From Planctomycetota bacterium (GTDB lineage: Bacteria; Planctomycetota; PLA2; JAEUHO01), in assembly GCA_965222115.1 (NCBI GenBank), contig CBDCTJ010000003.1, positions 448,001 to 512,000 on the forward strand: 64,000 nucleotides of DNA, in the 5' to 3' direction. Under the pieces are notes generated by a model. The model was not told where the DNA came from, searched no databases, and worked only from the letters and a program-made list of their open reading frames with translations. Shown one piece after another: positions 1 to 12,600 of this stretch. Position numbers and translations under genes: made by a program. The stretch's first letter is position 1. Each line of letters opens with the position of its first letter.

Positions 1-7
1 TAGGAGA

Positions 8-1795
8 ATGACCATGAAACTACCGACCCGTTGGAAAATGCCGTGTATCTACCTTCCGCTGTTTCTTGCGGGAGCACTTGCGGCAGTTGCCCAGTCCGTA
101 CCCGCGCTTGCAGACAACAAATCGAACTCGCTCGAAACGGCAACCATTGATGTCAGTGATATCGTGGTAGGTCGACCGGATCTATTTGGACATCCGTTCG
201 GCATTGAGCAGTCTTACCCGCGTGCAGAATCGAGAGGGAAGCCCGAACCCTTTCGATGGGTTGGCTCAGAGGCCGAGCTTATCGATCTCATCAAGATGAC
301 CGTGAGTCAGGTCCACGCGGGTGCCTTCGAAGAGGTTGAGTACGAAGACATAGGGGAGGCCAATCAGTACTTGGTCATCCGCGCTCGGCCCGATGTCTTG
401 AGGACCACACGCGAAGTCATCGCCGCGATTCGATCCGATGCCGTAGCACGTACGACGCTGTCAGTGAAGGCCACGCAGGGCGCTGACCCTGCCGATGGGA
501 AATCAATCCGTCGGATTCGGACAACCCGCCACGGGCATATCGATGCACCGTGGGATGCCGTTCGATCCATTTCGTCACTCGATCATGTGACATACGTCGC
601 CGACTACCACGTTGAGATTGCACAGGGCGTGTCCATCGCCGATCCGGTGATTGCGGGCGCCGTGGGCGGTCTGCAGGCAGAACTCAATACGCGACCTACT
701 GCGGATGGCTCCAACGCACTCATCAGTGGCGTTGTTCAGTTGGGCAGCACCGAGTTGGGGCGGACGGCACGGTTGGGCGTCGACGAAGAGTACATCGCCA
801 AGCCGCCGCGCACACCCGACACTCGCCCTCACGGTGTGATTCAGTTGCCTGAATTTTCGCATGTGCTCGTGGCGTTCCATTCCGTGGTCCCCTACGGCGA
901 GACGCTGCACATCCCAACATCGTTGGAGGGCGTTCAAACCTCATTTCATGTATCTGCGTCACAAGGGCGCAGACTGCTCGCTCACAATGGCGTTGCAACG
1001 GGCTACCTCACGTTTTCTCCCATCGAAGGTCGGCTGAACATCCCCGCATTGCGTCGGGCAGACGACGCAGGTGATCGGTCATCAACTCCGCACTTTACGC
1101 GGATGAACAAACGCAGGTCGGTCTTTCCGATCGACAACGTTGTTGAGTGGATGATATCCACGGGCATGAACGGCGCCGTGTCCGATGAGTATTTCGAAAC
1201 GGCTACGATTCAACCCTACAGCCGTTCGATGCTGCTTTTCACCGGCAACGAGCAAAAGAAGGACGCACTCCGCGTCGCGATGGAAAAACTCGAATCAGAC
1301 TTACTGCATCCAGTAACGATTGAGCTATCCATTCAGAGCGTGGGCCCCGAAGACTCGGACATAACGCCACGCCGAATTGCTGGCGGTCGGATTCCGGCGG
1401 TTTCGGGTCGGTGGAGCTCGCTACTTGCAGGCAAGACGACGGCCATCCTTGCTGACTACGAGGTCGAAGTCGCCCAGGATGCTCGCATTGCCAATCCGCA
1501 GGTGTCTCATACATTCGCCGGACTCGCCTGCAATGTGATCCCCGTCATTCAACCCGACTCCGGCAGTGCGATGGTGTCGATCGGTCTTGTCTACGACGTT
1601 CCTACACGGTCCCCGTCAAATTTCAAAATGGGTCCTCGCTATCTGGGCGACCTGCAACAGTCGCACACGCGTCGCATGGCTGTCAGTACGAGCACCTCGG
1701 TGAAACTCGGCGAGGCTCACCGCGTTGCGGTCAGCACCGACCCTCGCGACTCGAGCCGACGCATTGTGATCGACCTCACCGTCACAGCGCCGTAA
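8..1795 (+). CDS. Exported protein with two tandem secretin-like (planctomycete T2SS/T4P secretin-type) modules
   Basis: RBS AGGAG at 2-6; signal peptide; motif repeated twice (YVADYHVEIAQGVSIADPVI / LADYEVEVAQDARIANPQV), plus IQLPEF, as recalled from planctomycete secretin-like proteins. Confidence 0.6.
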   Translation: MTMKLPTRWKMPCIYLPLFLAGALAAVAQSVPALADNKSNSLETATIDVSDIVVGRPDLFGHPFGIEQSYPRAESRGKPEPFRWVGSEAELIDLIKMTVSQVHAGAFEEVEYEDIGEANQYLVIRARPDVLRTTREVIAAIRSDAVARTTLSVKATQGADPADGKSIRRIRTTRHGHIDAPWDAVRSISSLDHVTYVADYHVEIAQGVSIADPVIAGAVGGLQAELNTRPTADGSNALISGVVQLGSTELGRTARLGVDEEYIAKPPRTPDTRPHGVIQLPEFSHVLVAFHSVVPYGETLHIPTSLEGVQTSFHVSASQGRRLLAHNGVATGYLTFSPIEGRLNIPALRRADDAGDRSSTPHFTRMNKRRSVFPIDNVVEWMISTGMNGAVSDEYFETATIQPYSRSMLLFTGNEQKKDALRVAMEKLESDLLHPVTIELSIQSVGPEDSDITPRRIAGGRIPAVSGRWSSLLAGKTTAILADYEVEVAQDARIANPQVSHTFAGLACNVIPVIQPDSGSAMVSIGLVYDVPTRSPSNFKMGPRYLGDLQQSHTRRMAVSTSTSVKLGEAHRVAVSTDPRDSSRRIVIDLTVTAP

Positions 1796-1844
1796 CCGGC
1801 CGCCACGCGGGGCTTGCGCCCTTCATTTTGGGGGCATTGTCGCC

Positions 1845-3509
1845 TTGCAAGACGCGACTACACTTGCGTTGGGCGCTACACGGCCCTGCGCAACCCCGCC
1901 CCCGGAGACGCCCTTGTTTGGAACTATTGTTTGGACGCGCTCGACCGTGAGGTCGGCTACGCGCTGTGTTGCTGCACTTGCACTGATGGCGTCCGCGACG
2001 CTGAGTCTGCCTGCGTGTGGTTCCGGCGGAGGTGGATCTGATCCCGTTCTGCATATCGCCACCGGTGGACTTTCCAATGGCATCTTGGGCGCGGGATATT
2101 CGCCGGTGCAGTTTGCCGCTGGGTCCGCCACCGGTTCGACGACCTGGTCGATCGATAGCGGCACCCTTCCCGCAGGCATGGGCATGTCCGCAACCGGATT
2201 GTTGCAAGGCACACCCAATGCCGTTGGCGACTTTGCCTTCGTCGTCATGGTTGAAGACGACATCACGATGGCCACGCGCGGGTACACCATCACGGTCGCA
2301 GAATTCCGTCTGCAATCGACGTCGGGTATGATCGGCAGTGAAGCGTGGACCGGCGTACCGATAGAGCTTGAATCCCAGGGCGATCTCGGACCCGTGAGTT
2401 TTGATGTCGTGGCCAACGGCAGCGGCGGGGCGCTTTCGATGATCAACAACGCCGCGGGGACCGTCGTATGGACGCCAGGTTTAACAACCGGAGTTCAGGA
2501 CGAGATCCGCGTCACCGACGACACCTCGGGCGCCAATGTGCGCCTGACCATCGATGTACGCACCAATCCGGTACCGAACCATGTGGCGGAGTTCGGTTCG
2601 AGCGATGTGTGGTGGGTCAATACGAGCATCAAGCGTGGAACGCACGCATTCCGAACCGACTACATGCGCGCGCTCTCCTCCATTGGCATGCTGCCGGCGC
2701 AAGCTGCGACGACCGAGGAAGGCATTGAGTTGGAAGACCGCGTCGCGGCAACGGCGCGGCGATACTTCTTAAAAGAACTAAACTTTTTCTATCTACGAAA
2801 CGGTGATGGCACGCGGGGCACAGGTCTTCGTGCGTCGTTTCCCTACTTCCGTCCCGTCACGCCGCCCAACTTCACGCCAGGGCCGGCAGGCATCATTGGC
2901 GCCGCCCCCAATCGCTTCAATGTGATGGAACTTGCCGACTATGCCACGTCCGGCAGCCCCGGGGTGCTCGGTCGCGCCTACTTGGATCCGGGCAACGGTT
3001 CCATCGAACACGACGGCGGCACATCGGGATCGGGCAATCGCCTCGGCGTCTTTGTCGAACGCATGACCAGTTCGTTCAAGGTATGGCAAGCCGGACGTCT
3101 CTTAACATCTGACCCTGTCACCGTGACGGATGCCTCAATCGTGGACGACATGCTCTATGACCAACCGGTGGTTGGTCCTCGGCATTCCGAAATCGATGAA
3201 CTGTTGACCTACTTCTCCCGCGCCTTCGCCCAAGTGACGGCCCACGAAATCGCGCATAGCATCGGATTCGAACACACGGGCGATGCCGGTACGCTCATGT
3301 CCGGAACCGGTGCAGGCTTTTCCGATGCAGATCTTGGTGTTAGCAACGGCGTGAAGTTCACGACCGCCGAGATCGACGTCATGCGCACGTCCAATTTGCC
3401 CGGCCCGAATCGTGGCGGTAGTCCGCGCTTGGCAGAGCAACCGGGTGCAGACGATGCGCCCCGGCCTGCGCCAATCGAAATCGAGCTTCGCGCAGTGGAG
3501 AAGCGGTAG
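1845..3509 (+). CDS. Putative lipoprotein with Ig-like (He_PIG) domain and metzincin Zn-metalloprotease domain
   Basis: LPACGSGGGG lipobox-like; WSIDSGTLPAGMGMSATGLLQGTP Ig repeat; HEIAHSIGFEH zinc motif followed by TLMS Met-turn; true start probably downstream of 1845. Confidence 0.75.
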   Translation: MQDATTLALGATRPCATPPPETPLFGTIVWTRSTVRSATRCVAALALMASATLSLPACGSGGGGSDPVLHIATGGLSNGILGAGYSPVQFAAGSATGSTTWSIDSGTLPAGMGMSATGLLQGTPNAVGDFAFVVMVEDDITMATRGYTITVAEFRLQSTSGMIGSEAWTGVPIELESQGDLGPVSFDVVANGSGGALSMINNAAGTVVWTPGLTTGVQDEIRVTDDTSGANVRLTIDVRTNPVPNHVAEFGSSDVWWVNTSIKRGTHAFRTDYMRALSSIGMLPAQAATTEEGIELEDRVAATARRYFLKELNFFYLRNGDGTRGTGLRASFPYFRPVTPPNFTPGPAGIIGAAPNRFNVMELADYATSGSPGVLGRAYLDPGNGSIEHDGGTSGSGNRLGVFVERMTSSFKVWQAGRLLTSDPVTVTDASIVDDMLYDQPVVGPRHSEIDELLTYFSRAFAQVTAHEIAHSIGFEHTGDAGTLMSGTGAGFSDADLGVSNGVKFTTAEIDVMRTSNLPGPNRGGSPRLAEQPGADDAPRPAPIEIELRAVEKR

Positions 3510-4801
3510 GTACGGAATCCTGTAGTCTTACTGCGCCGTTCAAGAGCATACGCATAGCGCTTCCAATGATCTTTGGCGCCGGATGATGAGGGCGTGCGGA
3601 GATCACAAGTCTCAAGTCGCTAAGTTGGAGGAGAAGAGCGCGGCGTTGGCAAAGGACCTGACGCTTCCGCCGAAATATGTGGAATTCGCCCTTGCGCCGT
3701 GTTTCTTGTCACACTTGCGAATTCGGAAAAGTGTGAAATCGTTCCTGGCACCGTATCTTCGCCATTGCCGCGGTGTTAGACATTGCGAGAACACCAAGCT
3801 CTTGAAGCCTTGCGGCCAACCACCACCAAAGTTCGGGAGCTCGACCCTCCAACGCGTCAGGAGGCTCAGGCGCGCCGTCAAAGCGCTTGCCCTTGAGCGT
3901 GTCCTTGACGAGCTTGGCCCTCCACGACCCACGAGCTTCGAGGATTTCACGTGGTGTCTTGGGAGGTCCTGACTTGGCCATGACGTGGACGCTAGATGGC
4001 GCCATATACAGGCTCGCCAGCAAAGGCCCATTAGTTGGGGCCAAGCCTCACCTTCGAATCCGCTGCCCCAGCGTCACCCCAGCCTGAGAGAATGTTCGCG
4101 AAGACCTATCTTCGTCGTCCTTGTTGCCCATGGCAGAAAGGAGGGCCTGTGATCTTCACAAAGATTTTGTCTTCGGACCGAAGAGCCTTCTCGCTTCCGG
4201 CGCTGCGGAATACCCAAAGCGCCATGACGGGAAGATGAGGGGGCTCGCTGACCTCTTCGCGCAGTACTCGCCTAGCTCGTCATGCGAAGCTAGTGCCGCA
4301 ACAGGGGGCATGAGGTCCCGGATGAGGAGTACCTGAGGGTACGGACTGGGTAGGCGACCGAGTCGTACCTAGCTGGTGTCGGAGTGAACCGACTTTAGCA
4401 AGGCATTGCACTTCTAGGAACTACCCAATAACCGTCCCAAGGTGGACTCTTCCGAGTTCGGCAATTCAACCATCACTGAGTAAGTTCACTGCAGTGAACA
4501 GGTCCCTTGGTTCCTTATCCGGGTACTGAACTCTGCGACAACTCTCTAAGTCGGTTGGGGCGTCACGGTGCCTGAGATGGAAATGGCCGGCAGGCCAAGA
4601 ACATCCGCTCCTCATCCTTCTTTTCAAAGTGCGAGGCCGCGACTCAAGGACAATACGAGTCGTCCGCTACACAGACGTTTCATCACAATTGTCGTCCAGA
4701 ACCCGTGAAGAAAATTTCGAGGTTAGGCGCCCGCTCGTAAACCTAATTCCCCCAAGGATTTACACCGCCCCTCCCCGCAACGTGATACATCTATCTACTA
4801 T

Positions 4802-5650
4802 CTACGCGCCTAGATCAATCTCCCGAAGCCCGTTACCTTCAATCTTCCCTATCTTGATGCTCTTTGGCGACCACCCTTCCCTCACTCGCTTTCGAAACAT
4901 CGCGGGCTGCTTTATCGCGATCCCGTCTCCGGTGAGTAGTACGTCACCACGCGTAAGGCCTAGACCAGCCCAATCCAACTCGGATCTGATCCCCGTCACG
5001 CGCATTCCGATACACTTGCCGTGATTGTTGAAATAGGGAACGGCTTTGAGGTTGAGGTGCTTGGAGCTTGCGACTGCTTGGGCGTGATTGATATCGCCGC
5101 TTTGGCATGACCCCGGCGGATGGAATCGAATCACATTGCTGTGAAACTCGCGGCTGCGATCGAATTCGAACGTGTGCTGCTCATCGCCGCGACTGGCAGT
5201 AAAGCGCGCAAGTTTGTCGTCCACATCCACTCGTACCAACTTCACGTCTCGATCTGGCTTATCGGTGTCGATGCAATACGCGATGTCGTGTGCGGGGTCT
5301 TTGCAGCGCAACGTCAATGTAGTTCCAGAATCACCGTGAATCCACATGGAGATTGCGAAGGCACGTAGAGGAGGGACGATCGGTACTGATTCCTTATCGC
5401 TTATTGGCGTGTTTGTTCTCGGAAAATCTGAGTACATCCGTTCAATGAGATGGAGCGATGTATTGTCGATTGGCTTTGTTGCCAATGCTGGCGCTTCCAC
5501 GTGAGGTCGAATCCATGTAAATGGCGCTGGTGTTGCGCGCTGGTTGTTGCTAACGAATTCAATAGACATAATGATCGCGGCAACTGCTGCGGGAATACAT
5601 GCCGTCCATATCAGTCGACGCAGGCGGTGCGGTAGTGGGCAACCGGACAT
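4802..5650 (-). CDS. GspC-like membrane-anchored protein with C-terminal PDZ domain
   Basis: N-terminal TM; C-terminal VPYFNNHGKCIGMRVTGIRSELDWAGLGLTRGDVLLTGDG resembles the GspC PDZ domain. Confidence 0.6.
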   Translation of the reverse strand: MSGCPLPHRLRRLIWTACIPAAVAAIIMSIEFVSNNQRATPAPFTWIRPHVEAPALATKPIDNTSLHLIERMYSDFPRTNTPISDKESVPIVPPLRAFAISMWIHGDSGTTLTLRCKDPAHDIAYCIDTDKPDRDVKLVRVDVDDKLARFTASRGDEQHTFEFDRSREFHSNVIRFHPPGSCQSGDINHAQAVASSKHLNLKAVPYFNNHGKCIGMRVTGIRSELDWAGLGLTRGDVLLTGDGIAIKQPAMFRKRVREGWSPKSIKIGKIEGNGLREIDLGA

Positions 5651-6097
5651 TTCTGTAGTCTACCGTGACAAGGCGATGTGCTCGACTCTCTTGAAGATGT
5701 CAAAGGAGTGGTTAGGCCCTAAACTGGCTCTTCGTCTCCACGGCCGTCAATCTTCGGGGCGGGTCGCACCGGTGAATTACACGGAACGTACTCGGCGGTG
5801 CGTACGAAAGTCGAAAGTCACGAAGTTGGTGGGAGAGAATGCGGCGCGGTATCCTGATATCTCGTTTCGCCGGTACTCCGGCGTATACGTGGGGCGTGTT
5901 TGGGGCAATTTGTCCTCGCTTCCGTTCTAGAAGAAAGGTGTCCACGAAAACGGGTCAACTCCGATCTCGACTCCCTTCGAGAACTCGCTCGCTTCTTCTT
6001 TCGTTGAGCCATGAGAACATCCTATACGGTTGGGATCGGACGACGCTCCGTACACAAAATTTCTGACACTTCCCGGTATTCAGGCATCCTTGCCCTG

Positions 6098-6637
6098 TCA
6101 GTTGCGGTCAAATAACGACTGACGACAAAGGTCCACGATTGCCAAGTGATACTTTCGCTCTTGATCAGGAAAGCCACCATCAGAGACGTACTCTCGAAAC
6201 GTCTCAATCGCAACATCCACGTCACCTCCACAGGCGGACTGCAGGAAGCTGATCGGTCCAGCTAAAATGAAGCAAAGTCCCGATGTACATGCAATCGAGA
6301 ATCGACGTCGCTCACCGACCAGCAATAAGTTGGCGTGGCAATAGTCAGAACTTACTCGCTCAAAGTCCGAGTCCGATACATCGTACTTCACGCAATTCGA
6401 TTCACCTTTCGCAAGCTCTAGAGGTATCGCATGAAACTGCTCTTCTCCCAGAGAGCTGGCAGCCTCGGCGAGGCGCTGTGTGTCTCCCTTGTCGAAGTGT
6501 GCTGCAGATTCGATTGGAACAGCTCCCCAACCCGTAGTTAACAAGAACTCAAGACTATAAACCTTGTTGTTGCTCGTGGCCATCTTGCGCCACGCGATTG
6601 GGTCTACTGGTATTGAGTTGAGAGGCTTCTTGTTCAT
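6098..6637 (-). CDS. Probable cognate immunity protein of the Rhs toxin
   Basis: 179-aa ORF starting 1 bp after the Rhs stop; more AT-rich like the toxin tip; standard Rhs-immunity position. Confidence 0.7.
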   Translation of the reverse strand: MNKKPLNSIPVDPIAWRKMATSNNKVYSLEFLLTTGWGAVPIESAAHFDKGDTQRLAEAASSLGEEQFHAIPLELAKGESNCVKYDVSDSDFERVSSDYCHANLLLVGERRRFSIACTSGLCFILAGPISFLQSACGGDVDVAIETFREYVSDGGFPDQERKYHLAIVDLCRQSLFDRN

Positions 6638-6638
6638 G

Positions 6639-9600
6639 TCACTCAGGATATCGCACCTTTATGGGCTTGCCTTTTACTCTCCCCTTCCTTTTGACTTGGA
6701 CAGTTGGGCTGCCTTCCGTACTCTTACCGCGAACCGAAACTGTACTGCCATTGGGCAATTCTCCGGAACATACCTTATCCTCTCCCTTGCCACGCTTCAC
6801 GACTGGCTTCTCGTCATCAACTAACTGTTCAAAGTCCGCCATTGCCTGCTCATATCCACCGGCCTTTCCGAACTGTCGGACCCTACCCTTCTTCTTCAGC
6901 CGAGTGGCACCATGCAGCAGCTGCGCAATACGGTACTCCGACCAAAATTCGCGCCAGAACTCGTCATTGTAGGGTCCCTCCCAGTCGATAGATTCCGCGA
7001 ACTTCTCTGCGGCATGTTGCAGCCACGAAAAGATTGCCCATAGCCCAAAAGGATCAGTCAATGAAGCCGGATTACTCGTGGCGTACTGGTAGGGCGACAA
7101 TCCATCCACATATCCAAGCGGGTCCCTCTGCAAGAACCGTCCCGCTTCGGGGTCATACGCCCTGGCGCGATAGTGATACATCCCCGACTCGGCGTCGAAC
7201 TCACGCCCGGTGAATAGGAACGGGTTGCCCACATAGCTCGACCCCTGCGTAGTCCCAACCGAATTCCGAACGGCTGCCTTCCCATAGACGTCATACGTCA
7301 CCCACTCAACTACGCCGCCACCGGGCGCAGAAATCTCGCTCACGCTCCCAAGCGCGTTCTGGTGATAAGTAAACCGAAGAATCTCCGATGTATTGCTGTC
7401 GCCATCAACGTCTGAAATGTCCGCGCGATCCATCGCCCGCGGATGGTCAATGCGGTCTTCGTGGAAGTAACGCGCAAGCCATGTGTTGTTCCCGTCAAAC
7501 TCCTCAACAATGTCCTGCCCATCGAGAATGTAGCGCGTCGTGACCGCGCCAGAGACAACGTGCTTCTCGACCCGCCGGCCAAGTGCGTCGTATTTGTACT
7601 TGGCAATAACTGTGCTCGATCCATTGACCCTCACCTCGACCAAACGATTCTTATAATCGTAGTGGTACGTCTGCGTGCCGTCGTCGGTGAGATTGCCGTT
7701 GCTATCGTGCGCGCGGGAGGTACCGCCGATCGCCGTGTATTCGTTCATGGCGTTGAACGAGTAACTAACCGTCGTGGGCGAGCCGCCCCATGGAGTCTGC
7801 TGCGTTTGGCTGCGGTTGCCCAGGCCATCAAGCGTGTAAATCTGCTTGGTGACGTAGGTCTGCGAACCGGGCGTGGCCACCTCAGTCGCGGGATTAGTCA
7901 CGTCGTAGCGCGTGTCCACCATGCGGTAGGCCATGTCGTAGGCATAGACATCGCCCTTGCCGTTTCGAGCGTTCAGAAATGGTTGGATCCCGGTCGGCAA
8001 CGAGTTGATCCACGTGGAGTTGAATGAATTCTTCTCCATCCTGCGGTTGTGGACTTTGTCATACAAATAGTCGAATGTGTGGAAGCTCTGGCTCGATCCG
8101 TTCTTGTGGTCGAGCTGCGAGAGACGCGCAAAGCCATCGTATCCGTGATCCGTTGTGGTCGCGTTCTGGTTGGTCGTCTTGGCCAGACGGCCTGCGCCCT
8201 GGAAGGTGTAACTCGCAATGTTGGTGGAGGCTGCGGAATCCACCATCGCCGTCATGCGGTAGATGGCGTCGCGTTGGTGAAGCACACTGAAGGCACTCGG
8301 GTACTGAATCGCGCTGCGAGAGCCCGCGTCGGTATACGTCGAAGTGACGGTGCGCCACTTCTCTTGGCCTGTCACGGTGTAACCCTGCGTCTCCTTCAGC
8401 TCGTTGCCCACGCTGTCATACGTGAACTGCACCTCATAGTCATTGTCTTTCGCGGTGAGCATGCGGTTTAGCGCATCGTAGGAATAGGTCTCCGACGTCG
8501 TTCCCAAGACACCGGTGGCGCGATTGACCGCGCGCGAGGTCAAGCGACTGAGCACATCATAGGTATTGGTAACCACTGTGCCGTTCTGATCCGTCCAAGT
8601 CTTGACGCGATCGTTCTTATCGAAAGTTCGGGTCACGAACTTCGTGTCGGCAAAGGTCGTCTTGAAGACGCGCGAAAGGGCATCATAAGAATAGGACGTC
8701 GTGTTTAGATTGTCATCCGTGACTGACGTCATGCGGCCTGACGCATCGAAGCTCGCTGTCTCAAGAATGCTATTGGTGAAATCGTCAATCGACGTGCCAG
8801 TGGCAAGCGCGCGCTCATAACTCGTTTGGCGATTTGCGAGATCGTAGGTCCAGCGAACAGGACTCCCTTCGGCATCTACGCGGAAGGTCAGATTTCCGCG
8901 ACTGTCATACGAAAAATTCGTTGTCAAAATGTTCGAAGCGTTGAGCCGGTCGATCTCGCGCCTGGACGTGAGGCGGCCCAGGGCATCGTAGACAAACTCG
9001 GTTTCAAAAGTTTCGGAGCCGCCTGCTGTAGGAATGTCCTTGCGCTTGATTTTGGTGGCTTGCCCGCGCGCATCGAGGATCCACTCGGTTTCATTTCCAA
9101 CAGCGTCTTGGACCTTAATCTGGCGCCCCGCATTGTCATAGAGATAGGTCGTCTTATTGTTGAGCGGGTCTTTGATCTCCGTGACGCGGCCCGTTTTGTC
9201 GTGCTGGATGGTGACCGTCGGGTAGCTCGGCGTGAGCCCAGATCCGAAACGATCCTGGACGCGTTTCCAAAGTCGATTCACTTCATCAAAGTGATTCGTC
9301 GTCTTGGATTGAAGCACATTCGAGGCATTGTAGGCCGCCGCCGTAAGGACGTTTCCGTTCTTATCATAGGTCCAAGAAACGTAATGGCTCAGCGCGTTCG
9401 TTCGCTTCGTCGCGCGGTCAAAGAGATCGTACGTGAAATTCGTCGCGTCGCCTTCGCCGTTAATCGTCTTGCTGCGATTGCCGTTGGCATCGTAGTCCAC
9501 TTGAATCGTCGAGGCTTCAGCCGCGCCATAACCGCGCGTGAGCTTGAAGAGCAGCGCCCGCTCGTCGTACTCGACCTTCGTCTCGTCGCCCGTCGGGCTT

Positions 9601-12600
9601 CGAATTTTGGTGACCTTGCCCTCGCCGTCGTACTCATATGTCGTTACCGCTTGACTTGACGACGTCAGATCCTGGGTGGCAGTCAAGCGCCAGCCCATTT
9701 CGTTGTACGTATAGCTCGTCTCAATCCAGGGCGTGGTGGGGTCGAGCGTGCCGTCTTTGTCGCGGTTCTCCGTTTCAAGCAGCGTGAGATTTCGATTGGC
9801 ATCGTAGGTAAATTTGCGTTTGTAGTTGAGCGGCGTAGGCGCTTGTATCTGGGTAACGAAGTTTTCGGCGTCCACCGTGATCGTCGTCGTGGCACCACTC
9901 GGGTCAGCTACAGAGGTTACATTTCCATACTGATCATATTGAAATGTCGTGGTAATCGCGAGCCCGCCAGGATCACGAATGACTTTGTGCAAGTACCCGT
10001 TTTGGGAACCCGTCGTGTAGTACACAAAATTCGTTACGCGACTCTCCGCATCGGTTGCTGACGTGATGCGCCCGTAAGAATCGTATGCAAACGTCTCAGC
10101 AATCGCCTGGCTCGTCGGCTGCGTGACCGTGGGTCGCGATACGGCCGTCGTGTTGCCAGAGGAATCAACCGTCATGGACGTGACGTTGCCCTTGGGGTCG
10201 GTCACTTGGCTCACTTGGTTGTATTGGCCCGTGTACTGGTACGAGGTTACGAGGTCCGTTCCGCTATTGGTGCTGGTGTCCGTCGTCCGGTGGCGGACCT
10301 CCGTCAGATTGAGCGAACTGTCATACGTGTAGTCCGTCCGGTTGCCGCGCGGGTACACCACAGCCGTGGTCATGCCGGTGGTTGCGTTCACCGTGTACGT
10401 CGTGGTGAAGTCCGTTGGCTCGCCGGTTCTAAGCCCCTTGGTATAGACCTTCTTCTCTGTGGGCACCGCGAAGGAACCAAAAGTCCAGCGCGTTGTATTT
10501 CCCGCGCGATCAACAACGGTCGTCCGCTTGTTGGGCACATCATAAGAAATTGAGTAGACGCCCGGCCCGAGCGTTTCCTTCACCACCATGTCGTTGTCGT
10601 CGTACTCAAGCTCTTGGACGATTTCGTGCCGGGCACTCTCCACGTCAACCAAGTTCGATTGAAGGCGCGTCTGCGCGTGATTGGGGCTATACGAGAAACG
10701 CGTTGTGCGTCCTGATGTGAACTGTGCAGACGCCGGCGTTGTAATCGTCCGAAGATTTCCCATGTAGCCATAGGAGAAGGTCCACGTGCGGCCCCCAAAG
10801 TCTACCAGGCTCGACAATCGCCCCGTGGCATCGTAGTTGAGCGTGACATTTCGATTCAAAGAATCGGTGATCTGCGTCAGCTTGTCGCCCACATAGGTAT
10901 AGGTGTGCGTATTGCCATAGCGGTCAGCGAGGGAAATGCGTTGGCCGCTGGCATTGAATGTGCTCACGCGACCAAAACGATCCGTAACCGTGTGGTTTGC
11001 GCCCGAGGGGGCGAGCGTGGTGTCATAGTGGACTGGCGGAACGAACGTGCTTCCTGTTTTGACGTACGTATCCACCCGGCCGTAGGGGCTCTGGTACGTC
11101 ATGTCCCCGTTGGTCTCCGTTTGCATGCGCACATCTTGGTTTAGGAACCAACTGTTTCCGTACCGACCCTTAAAGTCTCGCCGCGATCGATACGTCAGCG
11201 TGAGATCAAGATCCATGCCACGGCCAGGGATCGATACCAGCCTGTGAATGTAAACTTCTTCGCCGGTGCTGTACTGGACGCTGGCTACGCTGGCGGGGCT
11301 ACTCTGCGCGGATGGCGTCGGTCCCTCCACGGGTCCCTGAGCAGTCGAATCAAAAGGTGGACACGGTCCGCCGCACGATGCTGCCGAAATATTGAAGGCG
11401 CCTGATGCTGCCGCCGTAATCGTGGGAAACACCCCGCCCGGCGGCACGTTGCTGGGATTCACGAAGATCATGTGGTCGTTGATCTCGCGACCGTTTGTAA
11501 CACTCATGTCCTGAGTGAGATTCGCCCACGTGATCTGCAATTTCTCAAAACTATCTCCGCCATCTAGCCACGTACTGCCTCCGCCGTAAGGCAAGTAGCC
11601 AGAAAGCAGTTCCACGCTCCCAACTTCAAGCGGCGAACTAGGCACGCCGACGTCAAAGACTCGGGCTGTCGTTTCATTGTTGGTGCTATCCGACATAAAC
11701 ACCGTGACCCACGGGCCAGCCACAGAAATGTCCACGGCGCTGACGTTCGAATACGTTCCCATCACCGGCGAAATGAAGCCAAACGTCGCTGCGCGCAAAT
11801 CGACTTGCAAGACCTTGGCAGTCGATCCGTCGTTGATGGAGACGTAGGCGTAGTCGGCATCCGCAACGGCAAGCCCCGTGGGCTCGACGTTCGCACCTGC
11901 AAAGGTGTCGTCGTAGTCAACAAGCAGCGTGGCGTCGAGCCGGTAAATCTCCGCCGAACCGTCGCCCAAAGCAACGACGTTATTGTTACCTGGTTTGGGA
12001 CCGGCAAGTTCGGTCGGCCCCCTTGCAAAGGAAGCGCTGCTGCTCACCGTGGGTCCGGAGTTTGTGATCTTGTAGAGTTCGTTGGTATTGGCGTCGATAG
12101 CCCACGCATCGGTGCTCGCCGAATTGTTGTCGGCCGCAGCTACGGTGAAGTCGGCACCGGCAACCGTGGCTACCGTGGTCGACGTACCGGTCGTCATGTC
12201 GAACCGAACGACCTCGCCATCGCTGGCACCGTAAATCACATCTCCGGATGTCTCGTCCAAATCAATCTGTTCAACCGCGTTGTTGGAGTGGGCGGGCTTT
12301 AGTGACGCGAACGAAACCGCATGGCGATTCTCGTTATCGACTTGGTAGATGCCGCCAGCCTGTCCGGCCAAGCCGTACGACTCCTTCGGATTTCCCGTGG
12401 TGCTCGTGTCCTTCATGCCAAAGTCAGTTAGGACGATGGGGTTCGCATTGTGCCCGGCTTCTGCACGAATATGGCGAGCGCCCGTCAGAACGAGCAGTGC
12501 AAGCACATAGGTTGCGCACCCAACTGCGGCAAGCCCCAAGGGTGTCTGCACCCATGGACGACGCGGCGTCTCTTGAAGCATGCGCTTGGAACTCTTACGA

